Below, piece by piece: positions 10,579-20,568 of a DNA stretch of 64,000 bases. Origin of the DNA: Patescibacteria group bacterium (GTDB lineage: Bacteria > Patescibacteriota > Patescibacteriia > Magasanikbacterales > GWA2-37-8); assembly GCA_041661385.1 (NCBI GenBank), contig JBAZUP010000001.1:289709-353708 (forward strand), read 5' to 3'. Numbering within the stretch: the stretch's first letter is position 1; each line of letters opens with the position of its first letter. The notes beneath the pieces were generated by a model, which was given only the letters and a program-made list of their open reading frames with translations, searched no databases and was not told the DNA's origin. The position numbers and the translations under genes were made by a program.

Positions 10579-11703
10579 ATGCCGGGTTATTTATCCTTAC
10601 AACTTCTACAACAATCCCTGCTATTTCTTATCGGATCTACTGTTTTAGCATTTCTTCTTGCTCCGCTTTTAACCGCACTACTTTATAAATACAAAATCGT
10701 CAGAAAAGCCGAGCATGATTATACTCTGCAAGGAGAGCGAAAAAATAAAGCCGGCACTCCGATTATGGGTGGACTTTTGGTGATTGTTGTAGTTTCGCTT
10801 ATTACGATCTTATTTAACTGGGATCGCCGCTTTACTTATGTGCCAATTGGCGCGATGGCTATTTCGGCAGTTCTTGGCGCGGCCGATGATTTACTCAACG
10901 TATTCGGAGGCAAACGGCGCTTACGAAATATAAAGCACACTTTAATTCTTATTAAAGTTCACAAAAAATGGTACATGAAGATTTGGCACATTGTTTGTTT
11001 ACCTTGGACCGTTTTTCGACAACTCGCAAGCTTGCTCGGATCAAAACAAGACAGGGGTGTTCAAGCACATGAAAAATTAATTTTACAATTTTTAGCCGGC
11101 GCGGTTACTGCCTGGTGGGTCTACTTTAAGCTCGGCCCGAGCTGGCACACACTTTGGATTCCTTTTGATGGCTCTATTTATGTTGGACCATTAATCATTC
11201 CAATCATTATCTTTTTTGTCATGTTTACTGCAAACGCTGTAAATATTTCAGACGGACTTGATGGATTAACTGGCGGCGCCCTTATTTCCACTTTCCTCGG
11301 ACTAACTTTGCTTAGCTGGGTAGAGGGCCGTACCGCTTTCACACCATTTAACGCAACCGCCGTCGGCGCACTCATCGCTTATACATATTTTAATGTTAAA
11401 CCGGCCCGTTTTCAAATGGGTGATGCCGGGTCGCTCGGTCTTGGCACTCTGCTTGCGATTAATGCAATCGCCATTAACAAAACTTTACTACTGCCAATGC
11501 TCGGTTTTATTTTTTATATTGAAATTATTTCTGTAATTACTCAGATCTTTTTTCGCCGCGTGCTCGGGCGGCGATTTTTTAAAATGTCACCCCTGCACCA
11601 CCACTTTGAAATTGCCGGTTGGAATGAAGAAAAAATTGTTATGCGTTTTTGGATAATACATTCTTTTATGGTTATTGTTGCGGTCTGGATCGCCCTTAGA
11701 TAA
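10579..11703 (+). CDS. mraY: phospho-N-acetylmuramoyl-pentapeptide transferase MraY
   Basis: DDLLNVFGG, NAVNISDGLDGL, MGDAGSLGLG motifs; 10 TM. Confidence 0.85.
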   Translation: MPGYLSLQLLQQSLLFLIGSTVLAFLLAPLLTALLYKYKIVRKAEHDYTLQGERKNKAGTPIMGGLLVIVVVSLITILFNWDRRFTYVPIGAMAISAVLGAADDLLNVFGGKRRLRNIKHTLILIKVHKKWYMKIWHIVCLPWTVFRQLASLLGSKQDRGVQAHEKLILQFLAGAVTAWWVYFKLGPSWHTLWIPFDGSIYVGPLIIPIIIFFVMFTANAVNISDGLDGLTGGALISTFLGLTLLSWVEGRTAFTPFNATAVGALIAYTYFNVKPARFQMGDAGSLGLGTLLAINAIAINKTLLLPMLGFIFYIEIISVITQIFFRRVLGRRFFKMSPLHHHFEIAGWNEEKIVMRFWIIHSFMVIVAVWIALR

Positions 11704-11705
11704 AT

Positions 11706-12359
11706 ATGGCATATTTAAAATGGAACCAACAAACAATTACTGATTTTTCTGACACTAACATAAATTCACTTTACAACGAAGGTTTTCTTTTTGGCCGAAT
11801 TAGCCACGGGACCATGGACCAAACCCGAAGCGTCCGAATTAATTTACTTGCGTTTGAACCATCGAGTGAAAACCGACGGATTTTAAAAAAAACTGAAGGG
11901 CTTCAGATCACAAACAAAGGCCTCCCCTATTTTTCCTACGACTGGTCAATTGGAAAACTCGGCAAAGATTTTTATGATACCAAATTTGGCGAAAAAACTT
12001 TCAGCGCCAACAAAATAAAAGAATTACTGACTGACCGGAAAAAAAGCAACTTTAACAAATTACTTTTGTATAAAATCGAAAATAATATCGCCGGTTATGC
12101 AATCTGTCTTGAAACCGACGAAATTTTGCACTATTGTTACCCGTTTTACGATCTTACTTCACCAATACCGAACCTTGGCCTCGGTATGATGCTACGAGCA
12201 ATACTCTGGGCAAAAGAAACAAATAAAAAATATATCTACCTTGGATCCGCCCAACGACCGACTGATACATACAAATTGCAGTTTGAAGGCATGGAATGGT
12301 ATGACGGTAAAGTATGGAAAGATAATTTAAACGAATTAAAAAAGATTATTTCGGAATAA
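11706..12359 (+). CDS. ATE/Bpt-family (arginyl/leucyl-tRNA--protein transferase C-terminal domain-like) transferase
   Basis: Pattern ...YCYPFYD...LGLGMMLRAILWAKE..KKYIYLGSA...YKLQF.GMEW matches ATE_C/Bpt consensus (SAVYTFFDP..SLG...YLYLGY..YK..F.P.E). Confidence 0.45.
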   Translation: MAYLKWNQQTITDFSDTNINSLYNEGFLFGRISHGTMDQTRSVRINLLAFEPSSENRRILKKTEGLQITNKGLPYFSYDWSIGKLGKDFYDTKFGEKTFSANKIKELLTDRKKSNFNKLLLYKIENNIAGYAICLETDEILHYCYPFYDLTSPIPNLGLGMMLRAILWAKETNKKYIYLGSAQRPTDTYKLQFEGMEWYDGKVWKDNLNELKKIISE

Positions 12360-12362
12360 TCT

Positions 12363-13736
12363 ATGTCCGAAAAAAAACACATTCATTTTATCGGAATCTG
12401 TGGCGTCGCGATGAGCGCGCTCGCTTTGACGTTTAAAGAACGCGGCTGGAAAGTTACCGGCTCTGATAAAGGATTTTTTCCGCCGATTTCTACCCATCTT
12501 GAACAAAATGGCATTGATTTTTATGCGGGTTGGCACCCTGAAAAAATGGGAACTCCTGATTTAGTTGTAGTTGGAAATGTGGCCGGCTCTGAAAACCCGG
12601 AATGGCTCTACATCCAAGAAAAAAACATTCCCTACAAATCTTATCCGGAAGTTGTTGGAGAATATTTTGTCCGACCAAATTCTATTGTCTGCGCCGGAAC
12701 CTACGGCAAAACAACTTGTACAGCGCTCCTTAGCTGGATATATTTGAATAACGGTTATAATCCGAATTACATGTTCGGCGGGCTTAGCCAAAACAAACTC
12801 CCGGCCGCACATCTCACAGAATCAAAATGGAGTATTCTTGAAGGTGACGAATATAAATCTGCCCGGTGGGATAATCGGCCGAAATTCAGCCACTACAATC
12901 CTAAGTATCTTTTATTAACTGCAGTCGTTTGGGATCACGCTGATATTTATAAAACTGAAGAAGATTACCACCGCGCCTTTCAAAAATTAGCGAACGAATT
13001 ACCCGACGACGGACTAGTCATAGTATCGGAACGAGTTGATTCAATTTCTTTTTCACCAAAAATAATCACTTACGGAAAATCCAAAAATTGCAGCTTCCGC
13101 TATGGCACCATCTGTGAAGATGCAACCGGCCTAAAATTTAATATTTATCACGATAACAAAAGTTATTTTATTGAATCGCCATGCCTAGGTGAATATATGG
13201 CCGATAATATTACCGGCTGTTTTGCGTTAGCTTTTTCTCTTGGCATTGAAGCAGAGAGTATTATTGAAAATATCAAAACTTTTTTGGGAATGAAAAGACG
13301 CCTAGAAAAAAGATTCGAAGGTAAAATAGATGTTTTTGACGACATCGCCCACTCTCCCGCCAAAGTAAAATCCGTGATTGAAACTTTACGTCGAAATTAT
13401 CCTGATAAAAAATTGATAATAATTTTTGAACCAAATACCGGCAACCGCCGCCCCGAAGCAATACCAGGTTACGACAAAGCATTTCTAGGTGCCGATGAAG
13501 TAATAATTCCGCGTCTTACAAAAATTAAACACACTGAAGGTGACGATGAACCGATTGAAGGCACGAAACTGACAAAAATTATCGCCAAGACCCACAAAAA
13601 TGTAAAATATTTTGAAAACGACGGTGAATTGGTTCGTTATCTGCTCGATAAGAATAATGAAAATGTTACGATCGCCTTTCTTGGCAGCCACGGCTTTCGC
13701 GGCATGATTGAAGATCTGGTAAAAAATCTGGATTAA
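12363..13736 (+). CDS. murC: Mur ligase (UDP-N-acetylmuramate--L-alanine ligase MurC / Mpl-like)
   Basis: HFIGICGVAMSALA N-terminus, GTYGKTTCTALL P-loop, Mur ligase middle and C-terminal domains. Confidence 0.7.
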   Translation: MSEKKHIHFIGICGVAMSALALTFKERGWKVTGSDKGFFPPISTHLEQNGIDFYAGWHPEKMGTPDLVVVGNVAGSENPEWLYIQEKNIPYKSYPEVVGEYFVRPNSIVCAGTYGKTTCTALLSWIYLNNGYNPNYMFGGLSQNKLPAAHLTESKWSILEGDEYKSARWDNRPKFSHYNPKYLLLTAVVWDHADIYKTEEDYHRAFQKLANELPDDGLVIVSERVDSISFSPKIITYGKSKNCSFRYGTICEDATGLKFNIYHDNKSYFIESPCLGEYMADNITGCFALAFSLGIEAESIIENIKTFLGMKRRLEKRFEGKIDVFDDIAHSPAKVKSVIETLRRNYPDKKLIIIFEPNTGNRRPEAIPGYDKAFLGADEVIIPRLTKIKHTEGDDEPIEGTKLTKIIAKTHKNVKYFENDGELVRYLLDKNNENVTIAFLGSHGFRGMIEDLVKNLD

Positions 13737-13741
13737 AAAAT

Positions 13742-13764
13742 CCAGTCGCTCGCGAACGACTGGA
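13742..13764. terminator. bidirectional hairpin terminator (CCAGTCGCTCG/CGAACGACTGG)
   Basis: 11-bp stem with 1 mismatch, flanked by A-run (+) / T-run (-); between convergent genes. Confidence 0.5.
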
Positions 13765-13775
13765 TCAAGTTCTGC

Positions 13776-13940
13776 CTATTTTCCTTCGTCAACCACCTCT
13801 ACAGCTACATTATCTTTACTCAGATCTTTGACCTGAAGGGTTATACCGCAAGTGTCGCATTCGATAACATGTCCCTCTTTTAAATTTGGATAAGAGGAAA
13901 GATTTACGTCATTTTTACATTCTGGACAGATTAATTTCAT
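13776..13940 (-). CDS. LysW-like zinc-ribbon protein (54 aa; not in ORF track)
   Basis: Manual translation MKLICPECKNDVNLSSYPNLKEGHVIECDTCGITLQVKDLSKDNVAVEVVDEGK; CPEC...CDTC ribbon and acidic tail as in LysW/ArgW, but lacks the terminal EDWGE. Confidence 0.45.
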   Translation of the reverse strand: MKLICPECKNDVNLSSYPNLKEGHVIECDTCGITLQVKDLSKDNVAVEVVDEGK

Positions 13941-14011
13941 ATGTGTTAGGATTTAAAATAATTTCAACCAAGAAATACTATACACCAACCAATAAAAACT
14001 GACAAGAGATT

Positions 14012-14911
14012 ATGAAAACACCCCAAAAACCAATGCCCAATCTGGCTAAAGCACTCGGATTAAAAAACGAAGTATGGTTTAAGTTTGAAAATAAACACCA
14101 CCTTGGTTCACATAAGGGCCGCTCCATACCACGAATGATTGAAGAATATTTAGAAAAAAAAGTAACATCATTTGTTATTTCTTCATCTGGAAATGCCGCT
14201 CTCGCCGCCCTTCTTACAGTTGTCGCACACAATAAAAATAAACCTACAAGCACTCTTTCCCTAAAAATTTATGTCGGTGAAGGAGTTACAAAAGACAAAT
14301 TATTAACATTACAATCAAAACAGGACAGCTGCATAAGTATTGAACAGGTTAAAAACCCCAAACAAAGCGCGCTTAATTTTTCCAAAGAATCCGGTGCGAC
14401 CTGGTTGCGCGGTTCAACTGACCCACTCGCGCTAATCGGTTATCGGAGTCTATCTGAAGAACTATTAAAAATTGAAAACCTCTCCGCCGTTTTTTTAGCG
14501 GCATCTTCTGGAACCGCCGCCGAAGGAATAATGTCGGGTTTCAACGCTGCCCATACAAATCCAGAGCTTCACATTGTTCAAACTGATTCATGTCATCCGA
14601 TTATAAATTATTTATTAGAAAATCAAAATCAAACGGTACCAAAAGTCAGTCTGAATAATAGTTTGGCGGATGCAATAATTGATAAAGTTGGCCATCGAAA
14701 AGAAAGCGTAACAAAAGCAATAATTAATTCAAATGGAGCCGGTTGGATTGCGAGTGACGCTCAGATTAACGAAGCGATTGAACTTGTAAAAAAAGAAACC
14801 GGAGAAAAAATTTCTCCGAATAGCGCGCTCTCGGTGGTCGGCCTTAAAGAAGCAGTACTCTCCGGCCGTAAATGGAAGGGGCCAGTGGCATGTATTATCG
14901 GAGGAGATTAA
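14012..14911 (+). CDS. PLP-dependent fold-type II enzyme (threonine synthase/cysteine synthase superfamily), divergent
   Basis: FKFENKHHLGSHKGRS resembles K-E-NPTGSFKDRG PLP-lysine motif; SSGNAALA glycine loop. Confidence 0.5.
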   Translation: MKTPQKPMPNLAKALGLKNEVWFKFENKHHLGSHKGRSIPRMIEEYLEKKVTSFVISSSGNAALAALLTVVAHNKNKPTSTLSLKIYVGEGVTKDKLLTLQSKQDSCISIEQVKNPKQSALNFSKESGATWLRGSTDPLALIGYRSLSEELLKIENLSAVFLAASSGTAAEGIMSGFNAAHTNPELHIVQTDSCHPIINYLLENQNQTVPKVSLNNSLADAIIDKVGHRKESVTKAIINSNGAGWIASDAQINEAIELVKKETGEKISPNSALSVVGLKEAVLSGRKWKGPVACIIGGD

Positions 14912-16884
14912 TTTTTTGTTGTAATCATTAATTCCTGCTTTTTTTCATTGTTGAAATTAACGGCCGCCAGGCCGATTTTTTGATTTCCAAAAATACCCGT
15001 TATAATAAAATTATTAATCTTTGATCCGGAAAAATTAAATATTCCGACCTCGGGATTTTTTTGTTGTTTTACGACTGCGAGCTCATCTGAACCATCACCA
15101 TTAAAATCTCCGGCTGAAATAGTCAGCGTACCATTAAATTTTTTTCCAAACGGGCTAAAACGAGTTAATATTTTATTCAAATCTTTATCAAAAAATACTA
15201 CTTCCGCCGGACGACGACCGCTAGTTGCAAAAATAATGGACGGTTTACCGTAAAAATTTCCAATGGCGGCCGAAAAACCGCCCTGATATTTTTTTCCTAG
15301 CGGATAGAAGCTTTCATTAATAATTCCACCATGATAATTATACAGAACTACTTTTCCACCTCTGGAACCACTGACAATTATTTGTTTTTGACCATCATTT
15401 TCTAATGAACCCAAAGCAACATTTATCTCACCCTTATAATTACCGCCCAGAGGAAAGTCATTAAACCAGCGTGCGCCGCTCTCATCAAATATTTCCATTC
15501 GGGGTCCGGTTACAACAATTTTTTCAAGCATCTTGTCACCATTTACATCACCAGAAAATATTTTTGCGCCGCCGGGAAGATCGTTTTCATACGAAAAAAA
15601 TCCGTTTCTGGCGCGTTTTCCAGTAACATTATAAAAACGCAAAAAGGAACCGTTCGCATAGACAGCCTCGGTCACTCGCTGAAATGTTTTATATAGCAAA
15701 ATTCCATCCTTTGATTGCAAAGTTACCGAATCGACAATCGATCCATCATTTACAACTTTATCCTGTGTGCCGATCAATTTTTCGTATTCACCACCTAAAT
15801 CAATGGTGCGACTTTGATCCGTCGGGTTAACTAACGCAAGACCATTAGCGTAATCACGACGCCAAACATCAGGCTGAAACGGCGAATTACCTCCGACTGA
15901 AATTGCGTTCCCCGCCGCCCCACCGAGCTCGGCGTCATATTCATCGTACCACCAAAGCTGGGCATGATTCTGATCACCATAATCATAATCAAAATAGACG
16001 TTATCTGTTAGCAAACTACTCGCAAGACCAAATCGAACTTTTTTATAATCATTTTGTTTGCCGGTATTATTACTGTTTGAATTAAAAACATACAGCTGCG
16101 GAGCGGTATTCAAATTTTTGTTTTTTGACATTACCGTCATGATTGCGCTCCAATTGCCGCCGCTTTCCCAAGGAGTTGGAAAAGTTTCATACATTCGGCC
16201 GTTCACATATTTCTGAAAAACTTCGTTTGAGCTGCCATTAATAACTAAATATTTTGTTCTAATATTATTTTTTGCACTTTCAAGCAAATACTTTACTCGC
16301 TGTTGCCACTCAATATCCGTTAAAGTTTTGTTTCCCGCTGAAACGGCGCTTAAAACCACGTCACCATGATTAATAGACGAAACCGTGTCGTTCACCATAT
16401 CAAAAAATACCCCATCCACATTCGGCAAAGTAATAATATTATTGTTTATAAACTGAACCAAATACCCTGACCAGGCCGGATCCATATTTAAATTGCGAAT
16501 TCCCGGCCAATCGGAAATAATATTTCCCGACCGATCCCTTAACCACCACTCATCTTTTATGCCGTTTAAATTTTTATAAACCAAATCATCCGGCCAATAT
16601 TTAAAATTATAACTTTGACTTGGCACATAAGCGAGCATGATTATTTTCGGATTTACCTTTTTTACAGCAGCCAATATTTCGCTTCGAACAATAAATTGAT
16701 CTGGGCTAAGAATCAGTAAATTCATTTTGCTGAGTTTTTGTATAGATGTCGAATCCGTCGGCAAAGTACCAAGATAATATGCCGCCACTTGAGGCGCGGC
16801 GCTGGTTTGGTTTTGAAGAAGCACCAACGTCAAATACACTCCGATAAAAATAATTGAAATAATTTTCCAAAAAAATCTGTTCAT
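14908..16884 (-). CDS. secreted glycoside-hydrolase-like protein with C-terminal FG-GAP/VCBS repeats
   Basis: Signal peptide; N-terminal TIM-barrel-like polysaccharide hydrolase region; repeated GDVNGD/GDFNGDG FG-GAP motifs. Confidence 0.4.
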   Translation of the reverse strand: MNRFFWKIISIIFIGVYLTLVLLQNQTSAAPQVAAYYLGTLPTDSTSIQKLSKMNLLILSPDQFIVRSEILAAVKKVNPKIIMLAYVPSQSYNFKYWPDDLVYKNLNGIKDEWWLRDRSGNIISDWPGIRNLNMDPAWSGYLVQFINNNIITLPNVDGVFFDMVNDTVSSINHGDVVLSAVSAGNKTLTDIEWQQRVKYLLESAKNNIRTKYLVINGSSNEVFQKYVNGRMYETFPTPWESGGNWSAIMTVMSKNKNLNTAPQLYVFNSNSNNTGKQNDYKKVRFGLASSLLTDNVYFDYDYGDQNHAQLWWYDEYDAELGGAAGNAISVGGNSPFQPDVWRRDYANGLALVNPTDQSRTIDLGGEYEKLIGTQDKVVNDGSIVDSVTLQSKDGILLYKTFQRVTEAVYANGSFLRFYNVTGKRARNGFFSYENDLPGGAKIFSGDVNGDKMLEKIVVTGPRMEIFDESGARWFNDFPLGGNYKGEINVALGSLENDGQKQIIVSGSRGGKVVLYNYHGGIINESFYPLGKKYQGGFSAAIGNFYGKPSIIFATSGRRPAEVVFFDKDLNKILTRFSPFGKKFNGTLTISAGDFNGDGSDELAVVKQQKNPEVGIFNFSGSKINNFIITGIFGNQKIGLAAVNFNNEKKQELMITTKN

Positions 16885-16887
16885 ATC

Positions 16888-18375
16888 TTAGTCTCGCAAA
16901 AAATTCCAGGAAAATTGATGCTCGCGGAAATAATATAGAGCAATTCCGACAATTAACCAAAAATATACCATGAGTGTTCTAAATTCAAAATATGGACCAA
17001 AAAAACCAAGAACTGAAAGCGCGACTACCACGCCACATAAACCTTGCGCAACAGTTTTTTGAATCACATCCTCAGTTCGTCTTTGTACAAAATACGCACT
17101 GCGATAAATTTCCCTAAATAATAATATCCAAATAAAAAGTCCCGCTGTACCAAGCTCACCCCAAATACTTAACCAATTATTATCAATTTGACCATAAATA
17201 TTTTGAATACCGAACGGCAAATGCAACTTGTCATAAATCTCACGGTTATCGAGTGCTGCCGCCACTCCACCGCCATAATTGCCAGGTCCAACGCCAAACA
17301 ATGGATAATGACTTACCACCATGAGCGGAGTATTAATAATAAAGAAAAATCTTCCATAACCCTCGTAGCTTTGTTGCCAGCTATAAAGACTTACCGTTTC
17401 TACTAATCGATCTCGAATCGACTGACGACCGGTTTTATCTATTGCTGCCGTGCCAAGGCTTTGTGTAACAATGACAAATAATAAATACATCGTAACAATA
17501 AAACCACCGACGGCTAAAATTCTAAATAAACGGCGATCGTTCATCAAAAAATAACCAATGGTAAACATTCCGGCGAGAAAGGCAATCCAACTAGCGCGCG
17601 AATAAGTCAACATTAATGCAACTGCTCCAAGAACAAAAGCAACCCACCATTTTTCTCTCGCAACTTTATCCTTAAGCGCATAAAACCAAGGAAATAACAT
17701 AATAAGACCTGTCGCAAGCAAACTACCAAGCCGATCATAGCGACCAAGGGTCGCGAATACTCTTTGACCTGGTGCCCAATTTTGTTCGATACCACCATAT
17801 TCAATGGAACCAAAATTTATGGAATCTGAAAAAAATAAATATTTATCAAGAACACCGCCGGAAATCGCTTGAATAATTGCCAGCACCGATTCGCCTACAA
17901 CAATATAGATACCAATTTTTAAAAAATTCTTTATTACCGCTTCGGAATAATTCTCTAAAATAAAAATTATAAATATCAAAACAAATCGAAGTAATTGTCT
18001 AATACCTAAAAACCAAACGGCCGGATTATATAAATTGGTAAGTAACGAAACTAAAGTTATACCTAAAAATAATAATAAATATTTGTTTACTGGCGTAACA
18101 GGAAACCAATGACGATTCTTTTTTAAATAACTGGCCCAACTAATTATGAGGGTGCCATAAACCAAGACTTCCGGAAAATATTTTATAAATACATAATAAT
18201 CCGAACTCGAGTATCTTAGAGCAATAGTTTCAAAAGGAAACCAAATTAATAATGCATATAAAATGTACTCTGTTTTGCGTAATGAAAAAACTATCAGTAA
18301 AAATAAAAATGCCACGACTGCGAGCAGAAGAAAGGTAAATGCTGAACCTTCGGCGAATGGCGGGACATTAAACAT
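16888..18375 (-). CDS. O-antigen ligase/polymerase family membrane protein
   Basis: ~11 TM; Wzy_C-like loop YSRASWIAFLAGM. Confidence 0.6.
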   Translation of the reverse strand: MFNVPPFAEGSAFTFLLLAVVAFLFLLIVFSLRKTEYILYALLIWFPFETIALRYSSSDYYVFIKYFPEVLVYGTLIISWASYLKKNRHWFPVTPVNKYLLLFLGITLVSLLTNLYNPAVWFLGIRQLLRFVLIFIIFILENYSEAVIKNFLKIGIYIVVGESVLAIIQAISGGVLDKYLFFSDSINFGSIEYGGIEQNWAPGQRVFATLGRYDRLGSLLATGLIMLFPWFYALKDKVAREKWWVAFVLGAVALMLTYSRASWIAFLAGMFTIGYFLMNDRRLFRILAVGGFIVTMYLLFVIVTQSLGTAAIDKTGRQSIRDRLVETVSLYSWQQSYEGYGRFFFIINTPLMVVSHYPLFGVGPGNYGGGVAAALDNREIYDKLHLPFGIQNIYGQIDNNWLSIWGELGTAGLFIWILLFREIYRSAYFVQRRTEDVIQKTVAQGLCGVVVALSVLGFFGPYFEFRTLMVYFWLIVGIALYYFREHQFSWNFLRD

Positions 18376-18439
18376 AGAATCGAAAATCTGGGCTTATTAT
18401 ACTATTTTTCAGCAAAATACTAAAGTAAAATATCATTTT

Positions 18440-18463
18440 AAAAAACCCCAAAACGGGGTAATT
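18440..18463. terminator. hairpin AAAAACCCCaaaaCGGGGTAATTTT
   Basis: Short GC stem flanked by A/T runs, upstream of O-antigen ligase start. Confidence 0.35.
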
Positions 18464-18631
18464 TTAGCCAAATATATTAATTATGGCTATATATCGACCA
18501 CCTTTCAAAAAGCTGAGCGATATATAGCTGCCGACCGTTCAAACACGGGTGCATGAATGGTCGGCAGAGTAATTCTCCCGGACCACTCGTATGGTTAACG
18601 AACGGTCTGGGAAGTTTTCTTCAGTGAAACA

Positions 18632-20353
18632 CTACTGTTGGTAGACGCGTCCACCGTTCCAAGTGGCTCGGTAGTTCGGCACCACATAAACGCACGTGGT
18701 ACCGTTTGGCGCCCACCAGGTCCGCTGAGAACAGCCGGTCAAATCGCCGTTCTCCATCATGGACCGATGATTCCTCGCCGGATCTGAGGTGAGACACTTG
18801 TCAGCTCCGACATAGTAACCACCATCCCATGCGGTGTCGGTGTACACTTGCACACCAACTCCCGTGCGACTGACGCACAACCGGAACTGGTCCGGCGCGC
18901 ACTTGGTAGTACCCTGGATAAAGACTCCAGAGTGACAGTCGAACGCATTTCCAGACTGTGGAGTCTGGTCGATCTCAACATCACCGTTGCAGGTCTTGGT
19001 AGCAGACCAAAGCGGTCCGCAATTCAAGCTCGAGCATTCGGTATGGGCGGTGCAGGTTGCACCGTTGGCCTTGCCGGTACCACCAGCCGTATAGGCGACC
19101 AGATTGATCGTCATCGAGTGGCTGGTAGCGCTCCAAACGCCGGTGACAGTGAGCGGATAGGTAAGCCCCGTCGTACTTGCCGCAAGCGTGTAGGGCACGG
19201 TAACGAGCAGAGTTGAAGTACCGCTTGAATTTGCAACCGTGACGGAAGTCGGGCTGAGGCTGGCAGTAGTACCCGCCGGAGCTCCGGTAACAGTCAGGGC
19301 GACGACCTTGGACGTGGTGTCCGCGGTCGCAATCGTGATGATTGCAGAAACCGAGACGGTTCCTGTCGTCGGAACGGTTACCGACAAAGTCGGTGGACCC
19401 GAGATCGTGAAATCCGTTGTCGGAACCACACAACTCGTACCATTGCACGCGCCGGTCGCGCAGTAAGTACCATTGCCATTTGGCGTGGTACCACATCCGT
19501 TGTTCGGCAGGATCGAAGTCCCGCAAGCAACGGTGTTCGCCGGCGGATAGGTCGGTGTACAACCCGAGACACAGGTGGTGCCGTTGCACGTGCCAGTCGC
19601 ACAGTAGGTACCGGTGCCGTTTGGCACAGTACCACATCCGTTGTTCGGCAGGATCTGAATCCCGCAGTTGACGGACGAAGCCGGCGAATAGATCGGCGTG
19701 CAATTCACCTTCGGCGCACAGGTGCCGTTGGTGCAGGTGTCACTTTCGCAGTTGCTTCCCTGGTGACAGGGCATGCCAACCGCCAAGTCCGTGCGATCGT
19801 AACAGACATTGTTGATGCAATCCTGGCCGAGCAGGCACGACTTGTTGCAGCTTGTCGGCGGAATGCACAATTGGGTAGTGCGGTCGCACTTTCCGCTTGA
19901 GCACTTGTCATCCCCAACTCCGCAGAACGCGTAATCGGGACGACCGACACACCACCCAGACACTCTGCCGGCCTCGAGAGGACAGAGCAACGAAACGCAC
20001 TGGAGTCTCGAGGTGCAAGGCGCACCGTTGAAGAACTGCTCGGAAGGAACACAGAGGTTCGATTCGAGCGGCTGTGGTGCACAGGTCATGGTGTCGCGGC
20101 AGGGCGGGCTGCAGGTCTGCAGGGTGCACTTGCCCACCGTCGCGGTGCCGGTGACGATGCATGTGTTGTTGTCGGCGCACTGGTCCGATCCGGTGCAGTC
20201 TGCACCGATAGGCCTGCCGACGCACTTGCCGTCGGGTCCGCAGGGCAATTCGGAAGAGCACTCCAGGTACTGGTTGCAGGGCTGACCGTTGGGAATCTTC
20301 GGACAACCCGTCAGCATTGCGATCATCATCGCAAACAACGAGAGCTTCCGCAT
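18632..20353 (-). CDS. cysteine-rich repeat lipoprotein (high-GC island)
   Basis: Lipobox MLTGC; ~70 Cys in C-x3-C-x5-6-C-x3-G-x-C type repeats (myxobacterial-style Cys-rich repeat); Thr/Ser-rich Ig-like segment; GC ~62%. Confidence 0.6.
   Translation of the reverse strand: MRKLSLFAMMIAMLTGCPKIPNGQPCNQYLECSSELPCGPDGKCVGRPIGADCTGSDQCADNNTCIVTGTATVGKCTLQTCSPPCRDTMTCAPQPLESNLCVPSEQFFNGAPCTSRLQCVSLLCPLEAGRVSGWCVGRPDYAFCGVGDDKCSSGKCDRTTQLCIPPTSCNKSCLLGQDCINNVCYDRTDLAVGMPCHQGSNCESDTCTNGTCAPKVNCTPIYSPASSVNCGIQILPNNGCGTVPNGTGTYCATGTCNGTTCVSGCTPTYPPANTVACGTSILPNNGCGTTPNGNGTYCATGACNGTSCVVPTTDFTISGPPTLSVTVPTTGTVSVSAIITIATADTTSKVVALTVTGAPAGTTASLSPTSVTVANSSGTSTLLVTVPYTLAASTTGLTYPLTVTGVWSATSHSMTINLVAYTAGGTGKANGATCTAHTECSSLNCGPLWSATKTCNGDVEIDQTPQSGNAFDCHSGVFIQGTTKCAPDQFRLCVSRTGVGVQVYTDTAWDGGYYVGADKCLTSDPARNHRSMMENGDLTGCSQRTWWAPNGTTCVYVVPNYRATWNGGRVYQQ
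19430..19700. repeat. tandem ~138-bp (46-aa) duplication inside cysteine-rich gene
   Basis: Protein unit C.P.Y.PA..V.CG...ILPNNGCGT.PNG.GTYCATG.CNGT.C occurs twice; nearly identical DNA visible. Confidence 0.7.
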
Positions 20354-20568
20354 GGCTGCTCCTTCTCCTCACTTCATGCGAGGAATGGTTCCGGCTTTCA
20401 CATGAAAGTCGGTAATTCTTGTTTCACTTCAGTTTTCAACGAACTTCTTGTTTCTCCTTTTCTAGTCACAAGATTAGTTATGGCTAGAATAAGGTTGCCA
20501 TCAACTCTCGGAAGAGTTGATGGCAATTTGCATAGGCGAACCTATGCGATGAAAAGAGCTACTTGTGG

